A DNA stretch of 64,000 nucleotides from Gnetum montanum (lineage: Eukaryota > Plantae > Gnetophyta). The stretch lies in NCBI GenBank assembly GCA_015680685.1, contig MNCI01002583.1, positions 1-64,000 on the forward strand, read 5' to 3'. Every line of letters starts with the position of its first letter. The stretch's first letter is position 1. The position numbers and the translations under genes were made by a program. Positions 40,922 to 52,037 of the stretch are shown one piece after another. The notes beneath the pieces were generated by a model. That model worked only from the letters and a program-made list of their open reading frames with translations. It was not told where the DNA came from and searched no databases.

Positions 40922-43034
40922 GTGGGGACGAAGCACATATTACCATGCTCGCTTTCATAGTGCATCCCTTTGAGCAGGTGTCACGGTGCGTGGGGGTTCA
41001 CCATGTTGGAGGTATGCTTTAATGTTGTCATACCATTATTGAATAGGTGTTGCACTTACAGATGTGATATGTACCATATGAATGATGGGATTGGTGCATT
41101 CCACTATCGAAGCAAGCAAGGTAGCAAACATATGTGATGGCACACTTAGCACTAACATGACTAATGCATCTGCTATAGTGTTTTCATTGCGGGGAACATG
41201 TTGGATGTCTAGGGTTGTGAACTAATTTAGCAAGTACTTTTCCAAATCATAGTAAGGTTGTAGATGTTGTGCTTTGCAAGTGTATACCTTTATTACTTGG
41301 TTAACAACTAGTTGCAAGTCACCTTGAATTGCTAAGCTTTGGATCCCCAACACCCGGGCTACTAGGATGCCCCTAAGGAGACCCTCGTATTCCATCACAT
41401 TATTTGAGAAAAGAAATGTGAAGTGATATGTGAAAGGTTTGATCTCCTTAGAGGGGAATGAGAGAACAATAGTGGAACTACTACTTTTAGTAGTTGAAGC
41501 CTCATCAAAGTGGAGAATGGCTTCAAAGTCTTTTGGTACTAGGCTTATGTTATTAACATGTTCATCTGGGAACTTAGGTTCTATCACTACCTGGTCATTG
41601 GTAGGCAAGGCTGTAAGTTGCGTAGCTATTACCTAACCTTTTACATATGGTTGTGCTACATAGTGTAGGTCAAATTCCATGGTTATGGCCTTCCATCAGG
41701 CTATCCTACTACTTTCGTATATGTTGGTTGTAATAGCTCGAAGTATGTTATTTTTGCAAATAATGTTTACTTGGCTATGAAATAAGAAATGCATCCATTT
41801 CTTAAGTGCAAATACTAAAGCAAGATAATTTTTCTCTACTGCATTGTATTTGGCTTCATAAGCTATCAAGGCATGACTCAGGTAATAGATAGGGGTTTTA
41901 GAGCCATCATTCCTCTTTTGGCAAAGCAAGGTGGCGATAGACGTGTCTGAGGTGGCAAGGTAAATGTAAAATGGCTATCTCTTTGGGGAGGGTAAACAGT
42001 GGGAAGATGGGCAAGCTCTTTCTTTAAGCTATCAAAATATTTTTGACATTGGTTGGTCCATTCAAATTTAACACCCTTTTTAAGCAAGTGTTGCATTGGG
42101 TGCAACTTATTAGTTAATCTTGCGATGAATCTTCTTATGAATTGTACCCTACCCTGTAGCCCACATAACTCCTTAAGGTTTGTAGGTGATGCTAAGTTAA
42201 CGATAGCTTTAACTTTATCAAGGTCTACATGTGTCCTTGTTTCCGACACTAAAAAGCCTAACATGTGTCTAGTTTTTAATTTGAAAACTCATTTTTTGAG
42301 GTTGAGGCGAAGTTCATCCCTGCAACAACATTGAAGGAACAAGTTTAGGTGATTTGCATGGTTAGTAGCTTTTTCAGATTTAATGGCTATATCGTCCATG
42401 TAATCATTTAGCTTCTCTAAAAGGTAATCACTAAAGATGTAGGTCATCACCCGCTAGTATGTTGCTCCCACAATTTTCTTAGAAACAAAAAAGATGTTTG
42501 ACACCCATTCCAAATAATCCATTGCCTGGATGAACCCAACCTAGTAAAGTTTAGTGATTTCATTATGCATAGCTAAGGTGATCTCTAGTTTGATCTTGTG
42601 GGCTTTTTGTTTGAACACCTTGACATGTAGGCCTAGTATGATATTATGTTGTATGATGTGTGGGTCTAAGCCTGGCATATCTTCGTATGACCATGCAAAC
42701 ACTTTGGCATTGTCATTGAGAACTCTAGAGATACTTTGTTTAACTTGTGACTCTAGTAACGAGCTAACTTTTAATGTTCTTGGTTTCCCTTGGATGTAGT
42801 CATGGGGATTTTGACAAGAGGGCCCTTAGTTACATCACTGACATCTAAATCTAGAGTTTGGACCAAATGTTCAGGCTAGTCCAAGGATGTTTCTAAGGAT
42901 ACTATGTTGGTATCATAAGAAGATGGTTCATCACCTACCAACTCTATGTTCAAGTGTCTCATAAACCTACCATGGGACCTTGTTAGAATTAAGGGTGAAC
43001 GAAGATCATCATAGGTAGCAATTTTTCCAAGCAA
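40922..43034 (-). pseudogene. pol: pol of element C: partial RT, RNase H, aRH; integrase almost wholly deleted
   Basis: FAWSYEDMPGLDPHII, YMDD, LHFDEAS...NNVMEYEGL. Jumps from VSKK to VGATY in RT, and from the start of INT straight into the 3' UTR array. Confidence 0.9.
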
Positions 43035-43563
43035 CTTATTTTAACAAGCAAACAAACAAAGTCAAGTGATACCTACTTAATACGGCAACATGCAATGAAA
43101 TGCATGTAGATTAATTATGTGATGTTTAAAAAGTAGCCAATTTAAGGTCTTAGTGAACTAAAACCATGCAAAATTGTACATTGAAATTACTAGTTTAAGG
43201 TCTTATCGGACCATGATTGGGTTAAAAATGTAAAGGGAATGCTAAAATTGGTAGTTTAAGGTCGTAGCAGACCGTAACCATGCAACATTGTAAGTCAAAG
43301 TTGCCAGTTTAAGGTCGTAGCAAACTATAACTAAGCCACATTGTAAAAAAATGAAGTGAAAATTTTAGTGCATCTATGTGCTACGCTGCAGTTACATGCT
43401 ATGTTGTAGTAGATCCATGCTACACTATAGAGGATAGGAATGTCCCATGCTACATTGTAGTAGATAAGTGCATTTTGTGTCATGTGTGGGGCACGGGATG
43501 TCCCGCGTTACATGCAGGACATGGAACACCCTAGAAAATGATAGGTGTTTCAACTGCGTAGGC

Positions 43564-43571
43564 TATAAATA
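43564..43571 (+). promoter_or_regulatory. TATA box of the antisense gene in C
   Basis: GGCTATAAATAGGGG about 135 nt upstream of the candidate ATG, with context conserved in B. Confidence 0.7.
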
Positions 43572-43699
43572 GGGGATTACCCATGGTAATCTTGTCACTT
43601 TCACTATCAAAGCTAACACCCAAAGCATAGCGTAGTTGAGTTGAGAGATAGCATAGCAGTCGTAGCATAGCAGTTGATACACCTAAGTTTGTTAATAGG

Positions 43700-46600
43700 A
43701 TGATGACACATAGGAGTGAATGCAGGCATTAGGGTCTTGCCAACGTAGACGAAGGGGATCATACCCTATGACGTCTCCCCAGGGTGTGCATTGAGGAACG
43801 ATAGGAGGCCCCATCCACCCAGTAAGTCACTACACTACCTTTTCTTTCATGGTGCAATTTATCAAGTGGATTTTTCACTATCGTCACTGCGTCTTGGTTG
43901 CTATGGTTGTCACTATTGCTATGCTGTGACTGTTGTTATTGCCTTGGCTATCACTTTAGCTGCTACACTATTGTTGTCACCACTCTAGCTGTAGCCACCA
44001 TGGAAATTACTATGCTATGGCTGGCATGCGGCACTACCCTAGCCACCATTGCTAGGAATGGGCAATGCACCATTGCGAGGGTTTGGGTAGCGTAGCATAC
44101 GTTCAACATAGCATAGCACCCATGGAGGGAATTTTTGTTTGCAAGGTTTTTAGGCAGCGTAGCACATGTTTAGCATAGCGTAGTGTGTGTAAGGGGAGTT
44201 TTTTTTTGTATTTTATTTTTCTACATTTCATGTAATGGGACAAGGCTAGGGCAATGGGAACGTTGTATGTTCCTTTTCGTGTTGTGTCTCATCGTGACTA
44301 ATGGGTTGTGTTACGTTTTTGACGCCTGTCATGCTATGCTGCTATGTTGCCATAACTACTATGCTGGCATAACTTCTACACTTGTTGCAGTGTTGTACTT
44401 GCTATGTTGTTATGCTTTTTACATGTCATACTTGCTATGTTGCTATGCTATGCAAGGTGTAATCTTCAAGCCATGCTATGCGTAACATAGCCGCTACTTT
44501 GTGCAAAGTGTACTTGCTATGCTACGCTGCACATAACATAGCCACTATGTTATGCAAGGCATACCTACTATGCTAATCTATGCGTAACATAACTACTACA
44601 CTATGCAGAGTGTACCTACTATGCTACTCTATGCATAGAACTTTGCTATGCTACGCGTAACAGTTTGCTACGATGCATGCAATTGCTTCGCTACATGGGA
44701 TAAGTCATGAAAATGGAACCGATACTTGGAGAAAAATTGGATTTGTCTCATCATACCAAGGACATACTATTTCATACTTCAAAAAAATTTGTACATCAGG
44801 GATTACACTATGCTATTCATTAACCATCACTTGGACACTGTACTAAGGCTTTGTGCTATGCTATGCAGGGTCATGTTGAAACATATCCTGATCGTGCTTG
44901 AGTTGGTTAGAGTTCTGTGTTTCTTGAGTGCCCCTATGGACAATGTCCCCCCTTCTCATGAACAAGTAAGAGACCAAGTGTTCTGGTTCTAGGAAGGTAC
45001 ATAGGAGTTCCTAGAGTTCCTCCTTTCCCACTTTAGTGTGATAGTGTGGTCACACTTGTTGGTCAAGACAGTTGCTATTCTTGTTGAAATGCTATTGCCT
45101 AAGGCATCTTGAAGTTTATGGATAATGGATCTATTGAAGTTGAAGGGGTAGAAGGCTCAAATCGGCACCTGAGAGGTTTAATACGCTTATCTTAGATTTT
45201 GGCCATGCCTGAATTTAAGTGCTATCATAAATACAACACATTGTTTGTTGCCCATCACATGGGTATCTTCTTTCAAAATCCACCTGGGACTATCTACTAT
45301 CTCAACAGGTGAGTCCTATGAAGATGTTTTAGACATGTTGTACCTCTTTTCTTACGTAGTCGAAATGCTTATTGTACTCTGTATGTTACTAGGTTTGTAA
45401 TTGACAAGGATGGTCTTCACGATCACAAGGGGACATTGGCATTGACCCAAACAGCCTTGCACCAATTCTCTTCTGCTGCAAACACATGCACCACCATCAT
45501 AGAACAACTAGGGGCTGATTTTAGAATGTATCCAACCAAGTACGCTAAGTTCTATGTGAAATGTCAAGAACTTGGATGGCTGGATGGCAAATGGGCATCC
45601 CATCGAGCACTTACTGTAGAAGACATTCTAGTGGAAATCCCACCATTTCCCATGTCATTCACACTTGGTGTGTTAGATTATGCACTTGTCTTTCATGTGT
45701 TCAAGTGATTGATTTTTTTTGCCTTTTGTTAATTTTTTCATTTATTATTGCAGTAGGAAGCGAATCCCAAGAAGTTACTATAATCACCTCTAGACATGAT
45801 GAAACTAGCCTCTTTTTTAAATATAGGGAGGTGGATGAGATATAACGTTGGCTATGTAATGGGGTCCCAACCATCCTTGTTCACAATGTTTAGGAGGCTG
45901 GGCTCGTGGATTTATTTTTAGCAATAATTCCAAGTGTCCCAACTACAGAAATTCTCTCCCTAGTTGATTCTTTTTCAGAAAAGGCTAACCACTTCTGCAC
46001 ATGGGTTCATAATTTGCAGGTGGTGTTCGAGATTACTGATAGCCTTTTTGTAGATCTCTTCGGTGTTCCCTCCAATGGTCTACATATAGGGGATAAGACT
46101 AGCAAGGATGTAAACCATCAAGGGGATATAGAAGAATGGCTATGGATGAGCAAAGACCAAAAAGGGATTTACATGCATAAGGTTAGGCTACAGGTAGCCC
46201 AAAAGGTTTACCCTATCTTCTAGGATCATGCCTTTCCCAAGCTACTCTCTCAAGGGAAAATTCTTAGAGTAGATTAGGCTTGGATCATGAGGGATGTTAT
46301 GGAAGAAGGGACTCACTATAATTGGGCCAACTACCTTTCCAAAGGCTTGTGTGCTGAAATGGTTAAGCTTCATGAGAAGTTTGATGCACGTTTCAATGTA
46401 CACTTCACCTTCTTCATAGTTTGCCTATGACAGTTTGTGGAATTCTTAGTGGTCTAAGATAATGGCATCTGGGTGTTGTAGGATCACACCCAGATATCCA
46501 AATTATGGATCTACCAAGTATTTCGCACCACTCGATCCCAAGACCCCCCAGAAGCTATTAGGAAGTCTCTTTCGATAACGATGAAGGACTGGGTGGGATG

Positions 46601-48450
46601 ACCCTTTTATGCACTTGAAAACAGGAAATGCCTCCCACTAACACAGGAAATGTGCTAAGGGAGGTGCATCTTATTATTGAGGTAGTGAAATCAAGGTTAC
46701 AATGCAAGAAGTCTTGTCCTGGGGAAGAGGCTCCATGCACCAGTGAAGAAAGGGGTAGAAAGTTTTGAATCAAGGTTCATAAGGTGCAACTTGCATTTGT
46801 TGGTAAGTATGTTTAATTGTTTCATTAGTTACCCCTCCCCCTTTGTGTTAGACCAACATTCTTACTTTAGATGTGTTTAATCAATGAAGAAGAAGAAGTT
46901 TTGGCCTCTAAGGTAGGGGCCCCTGCTATAGAGGAGGAAGAGACCCTGACTGCAGAGGAGGAGGTCCCAACTACAGAGGAGAAGGCCCTTGTCATAGACA
47001 AAAGGCCCTTGTTTCTAATGATCCCTTCATAGAGTGTGCCCCAGCACTTTAGGAGCATATGAAGGTCGAAGATGCCGCCACACTATTGAGTCAACTTGAG
47101 GGGAAAGGGCTACAATTTTGTGCCAATGCATTTGACCATTTTGTTAACAGTGTGCCGATGGATGATCCCCTCGCTCTCACCCCTGAGGATTTGCTGGGTA
47201 GGATCTTTGCACAATCAGTTATATTCCTTCTTAGTTTTTTCTTTCCTCCTCTTCACCATTATTACATGTTTTGTTTCATAGCAGACACCACTATTAAGGT
47301 TCCTAATTCTTCTTCTTCAATCCACCTCCAACCATGGATAAAGATCCCAAACAAATTTGCCTTTATGGAGGGGATGGTTGATGACATGATTGACTGCTTA
47401 AGGTAGATTGACCCAAAAATAGGTGTGTTTAGTGGTTTAGCACCTATCTTTTACATTATTTTGTTTGTTATTTTGTCATCTTCTCATGATTGCCAGCTTA
47501 AGTGGGACCCTAGGTAGGTAGTCAAATTTGACACTATGCCTAAACTCCCACCAGAGGTGACCAAGGTGCCTCATGATGTATACAAGGAAATAAGAAAATG
47601 TGCGCTATACTCGACACGATCATTATGGGAGTGTAGGCACATCAGTGAAGACCTCTAGAAGTAGGTCTAGAAGCTAGAGAAGGAGAAAGCTAGCCAAGCA
47701 GTCGAGTTGGAAGATCTACAGTCAAGAAATGAATTCTTATTGGCCCATGACACTTCCAACGGTAGTTGGCGCACGGCTATGGTTGATTACGCAAGATATT
47801 GGTCAACTATGCAGGGTAAAAATGAGGCCACCTGGGAAATAATTGAGAAACACTTGTAGATGGATTTACTGGCCCAGAAAAACCAAGACTAGAAAGACTA
47901 CAGCACCAAGGTATACAAATAGGGGCAAGCACAAAAAAATCATAACCACATGTACAAGGTGGAACGTGCTACCTATCATCAGAAATATCGAGATGCTTCC
48001 ATTGAATTGCATACCCATAAACTATTTCTTGATGTTATTGGTGCTACTGAGGCCTATGAAAAATTTATGTAATAGGTAGTGGTTAGTGAGTCTCTCAAAA
48101 GAAAGATGACCTTACCTTCCAGGGAGACCACTACTGCCACCTTTTCTCTAGGGCCACCTAGATGGATGGCTATGGAGAAGGGGAGAGTTGCAGCGAGCAT
48201 TGATCTCTGGGAAGAAGATTGGGAAAACTTAAATGAGGAGATTCTATGGCCTCTAGTAGCTAGCATGGACAAGATACCCCTGAGATGGATGCGGGCACAT
48301 CTCAGGTTAGCTACTCTTTATTATATCATAGTCTATTTCATGAAAGCCTTATTGTAATTCAATTCATTATTCTTTTTGTTTTATGCAGGATCCAAATGGA
48401 GGTGCGAGACCTAGTGGAGTAAGAGATGAAGATATTAGCAAAGACTTGTA
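43700..48450 (+). pseudogene. Antisense 8-exon accessory gene of C (FCP1/NIF-like domain, middle domain, coiled coil)
   Basis: GT-AG introns at 43822-44868, 45309-45392, 45668-45753, 46803-46870, 47198-47284, 47423-47496 and 48306-48388. Exon 2 reads ILIVLELVRVLCF...VFWF.EG..EFLEFLLSHFSVIVWSH...YNTLFV...FQNPPGT. Confidence 0.85.
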
Positions 48451-48931
48451 GTGTGACGGTGAAAAAAAATTTATTTTTGTTTTTCTATTTTATTTTTTGG
48501 AAGTCTTAATATATGGACTCAAATTTAATGAAGATTAAAAAGTGAAAAAATTATTTCATTTCTTTTGGTTAATGTTTTATTAATGTGCTTGGGCCCCATG
48601 TGGGCCCCTTGTTTTAGTTTAAGGCCATTTCGGGTCATTGCGATAATTTAAGGCCATTTTGGGCCCTTGCTAGTTTAAGGCCATTTTGGGCCATGCAATG
48701 TAATTTATGAATGTCAGTTGCTAGTGTTAGGCCTTAGCAGGCCATGGTGATAGTTTAAGGCCATTTCAGGCCATGGAAATAGTTTAATTGATGCAAACAA
48801 TGGTCATGATGCAAATAGTGGACATAATGCAAATAGTGAACATGAAAAATCAAAAGAAACAAGAGTATTAAGGCCAAGCATTCATGGAAGTGAATTATAC
48901 GTAGGCTCTAATTACATAATTTTTTCCTAAC

Positions 48932-49800
48932 TATACCATCCGAAATCATCGGTCTCCAGCTCGAAGGAAACAAAAACCAGGAGATCTCTGGACATGCACA
49001 GAAGACCCTACCTTCGCTTGAGGGTAAGCTAGAGTTAACGAAGGCAGAGTACCTTGAGTGGTCCGCACGCGAATCAGGCAAGGATTTCCCCAAACGTACA
49101 CCAATATGCTATACACCAAGTTATACGTGAACGACGTAACTGATGTAAAACAAAGCGTAAACAGCGTAGCTAATGTAAACTGAGTGTGAACGTACAAGAG
49201 CGTAAACAATAAACATGAAATGATTAATGAAAAATTGTAACATATTTTAGCAAAGAAATGTAGCAATATTATTGCGAGATGAGAGTTACAATGCACTAGT
49301 CTAACGCAGTTGTAACTCTGACACAAGGCGGACGAATAGCCCCGGTGGATGCAGGGATGACTGTGTACTAGGTTCAACTGGAGGCACAGCGTAAAAGCTG
49401 TATGCTCAGCGTGCAGGGCAAGGTCTAGCGTATAGGGTTTCTGCTCTATTCTCTCAGCGTCTCTTTTGTCTCTTCATCTCTGGTTTGCTCAAAATTTCGA
49501 ACCCTAATCGAATGAAAAATTGGGGTGTTTATACAGGTTTAGAAATTAGACTCGGTTTGGGCAACACGTGGCGCATTGATCGGGTGCGAAAGAATAAAAT
49601 TTTACAAGTGTACAACATGCTGCATCTACTGGGCGTATACGTTGTATCTGGTGGGCGTAGACTCTGGGTGTATACGCTGGGCGTATACTCTGGCCATGCA
49701 GGATGTATACGCTGGGCGTATACACTATACATGCTGGGTCTACTGAGCGTATACGTTGTGTCTATTGAGTGTATACGCTGGACGTACAGAATATAATACC
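48932..49800 (-). repeat. Probable 3' LTR of D (inner boundary uncertain)
   Basis: Homology of C to B stops at 48931. Minus strand ends ...GATGGTATA, probably a decayed ...TACA. TATA (CCTGTATAAACAC) near 49530 with ACACGTGGC upstream. No second copy or clear PPT is visible. Confidence 0.55.
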
Positions 49801-51384
49801 CAACGTATAGACTCCAAGATGTATGATGTCAACATTGACGATTGCTCTGTTTGTATGAGTTGATGCTTTGTGCCAAGTCTTGCTCTGCAATGCTATTTCC
49901 ATGCCATCTTCAGGGATTGCATGCCGGGTGTATACATCAGTCGTACATGCTGAGCATACTTGTGAGGCGTGTACACTGGGTGTATACACTATGGATGTGT
50001 ACGCTGGGCGTATATGCTAGGCATATACGCTGTGGATGTGTACTTGGGCGTATACACTGGGAATGTGAACTTGGACGTATATGCTGGGCGTATACGCTGA
50101 AAAAGCATACTTAGTGAAAACTAAGTATGTTGAGCTTCGAAGTTGCCATTTCTGATAGCATATGTTGTCATGGTCATCAGTGGATCCCAGGGAACTGCTC
50201 CTTGTTGAGTTTGACTCCGCTTGAAGCTGTCTGTGCGGCCCTCAAGCTTCATTCATGATGGGGAACGTCATGACTTAGCTTGACTCTTGTTTGAAAAGTA
50301 CTAAGCTCAGAATTTTGTGGTCTTTCGTTGGCCCCTCTTTGTTGACGCTTGGAGGAATCGACCTAAGAAGCATTGACAAAGAAGTGCAAAACACCATAAG
50401 CAACTCGATAGAGACTTTGTCTTTTGCCACCTGACTAGACATCATCGCACCATGTTTAGTAGCACGTGGGATTGTGGGAAATAGAAGTTGTATTTGATAG
50501 GAAAAGGGAAACTGTGGGGATTCGGGAGGAATCAAGGTTATGCATAGTGAAAAGGATGTTCTGGTGTGTATGTGGGTCATGCTGATCTTTGTCAATAGCC
50601 ATTGTTTAGCAAACTCGGAATCAAGACATGAGAGTGCATCCTTTGGCAGAACAAGACTCTTGGTTAGTATTCGAGAGGACTTGTTCATAGAACGAAAGCC
50701 ACGTGATGATGTGTTGCATTGTTTGGAGGAACAGGATCCTTGTTTAGTGTTTAAGGGGGAACCTGTTGGCGGAGAGCCAAAGCCATGCAATAAGATGTTT
50801 CTTGATTGTTTTAGACATGAGCGTTTGCTTTCGAGGCAACTTTCGTCCCGTCTTGTGTTTTATGTGGGAAGGGACGACATTTTTTTTGTGAGGAGCTTTG
50901 TTTTGATCTTGTACTCATGCTCAAGTGCTATGTTGTGTGTTGCAACTACTTAAAAATGGTGCGATATGCAACGGTATGTTCGATGTTTTGGGCTATACTA
51001 GATGTGTTCGGGATGTAACCAAGTATAAGGTGTTGAGGGATAGGCAGGATATGAAACAGGGGATGTACTAGTGAATGGTTTGATTTAGTCTTATCACATG
51101 CGCTGTAAACAACGTCTCACCTTGCTGCTTATGACGAAGTGCATTCTTGTGTGAACACCTCTGAGTGTCATCCTGCAAACACAACTCCAAGGAGACAAGA
51201 AACCCATGAGTGAGTAAGCGAGCTTAGAATTAAACCATTACTGATGAAACAAAGGCACTAGATGAGATTTCAGGCATTGTATATGAATAGCAGCAATGGC
51301 GTTAGGATCAGCCGATTGGCGAGTGATGTAGCGATTCTGATGAAGTTTGAATGCAGCCACTGATTGAGGAACCAGAGATGAAAT

Positions 51385-52015
51385 TACCAGTTTATAGCCT
51401 TAGCGAACTATCATGGGTTAGTTTTATGTCATGACCCATTGGACATTGCCCGTTTAGCGTCTTGGTGGATGGTACATTGCCAGTTTCTAGTCTTGGCGGA
51501 CCGTGAAGAGGCAAACTAGTTTATAGTCTTAGTAGACTCTAGCGAGTGGGACTATGGTAGTTTACTGTCGTGTAGGAAAGGTGCTAGTTTATTATCCTTG
51601 TGGACACTGTGTGGTATCAGTTTATCGTCATGATGCCAGCATGAGCTATGGTATCAGTTTTAAGTCATGATTCCATAACTGTGCTATGGTATCAGTTTAC
51701 CATCATGATTCCAGGACGAGTTGTGGTATCAGTTTACTGTCATGATTCCAGGATGAACTGTGGTATCAGTTTTAAGTCATGATTCCAGAACTGTGCTATG
51801 GTATCAGTTCACCGTCATGATTCAAGGATGAGCTGTGGTATCAGTTTACCATCATGATTCTAGGACGAACTATGGTATTAGTTTTAAGTCATGATTCCAG
51901 GACTATGCTATGGTATCAGTTTACCGTCATGATTCTAGGACGAGCTGTGGTATCAGTTTACCATCATGATTGCAGGATGAGCTGTGGTATTAGTTTATAG
52001 TCGTGATGCCAGGAC
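51385..52015 (-). repeat. Stem-loop/TAAACT array after the pol stop of D, including 11 tandem 37-38-bp units (51612-52015)
   Basis: Unit TGGTATCAGTTTACCGTCATGATTCCAGGACGAGCTG and variants. About 7 more divergent units at 51385-51610. Confidence 0.93.
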
Positions 52016-52037
52016 TCGCACGTACCTGAGCCTATAC

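Larger units (their letters stand above)
36843..48931 (-). mobile_element. Element C: B-family Tat element inserted in the 3' UTR of B, internally deleted, 5' half cut off by D
   Basis: 3' LTR, PPT, 3-kb 3' UTR, aRH, RH, partial RT and the PR-RT insert. gag/PR are absent from the window. Confidence 0.9.
43035..48931 (-). other. Candidate 5.9-kb PR-RT intron of element C
   Basis: Begins GTTAGGAAAAAATTATGTAATTAGAGC (B has GTTAGGAAACATCTGTGTGATTAGAGC). Ends with a T-rich tract ...ATAAG| in phase 0 with the pol frame. Stem-loop arrays at 43135-43328 and 48614-48790. Confidence 0.65.

Noticed and set aside
43700-48450. Possible host gene with introns
   Set aside because: It recurs at the same position and orientation inside four retroelements, so it is element-borne rather than a resident host locus.
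49780-49840. Exact inner boundary and PPT of the D LTR
   Set aside because: Candidates at 49788 (TGTAC) and about 49834 (TGTTGAC) both lack an adjacent purine tract, so the boundary cannot be fixed without the second LTR.
51238-51345. CTGATGA motifs suggesting a hammerhead ribozyme
   Set aside because: I could not find the required stems and GAAA core geometry.
51385-52015. CRISPR-like look of repeat and variable-spacer arrays
   Set aside because: The context is a plant retrotransposon, there are no cas genes, and the spacers are short and related to each other.
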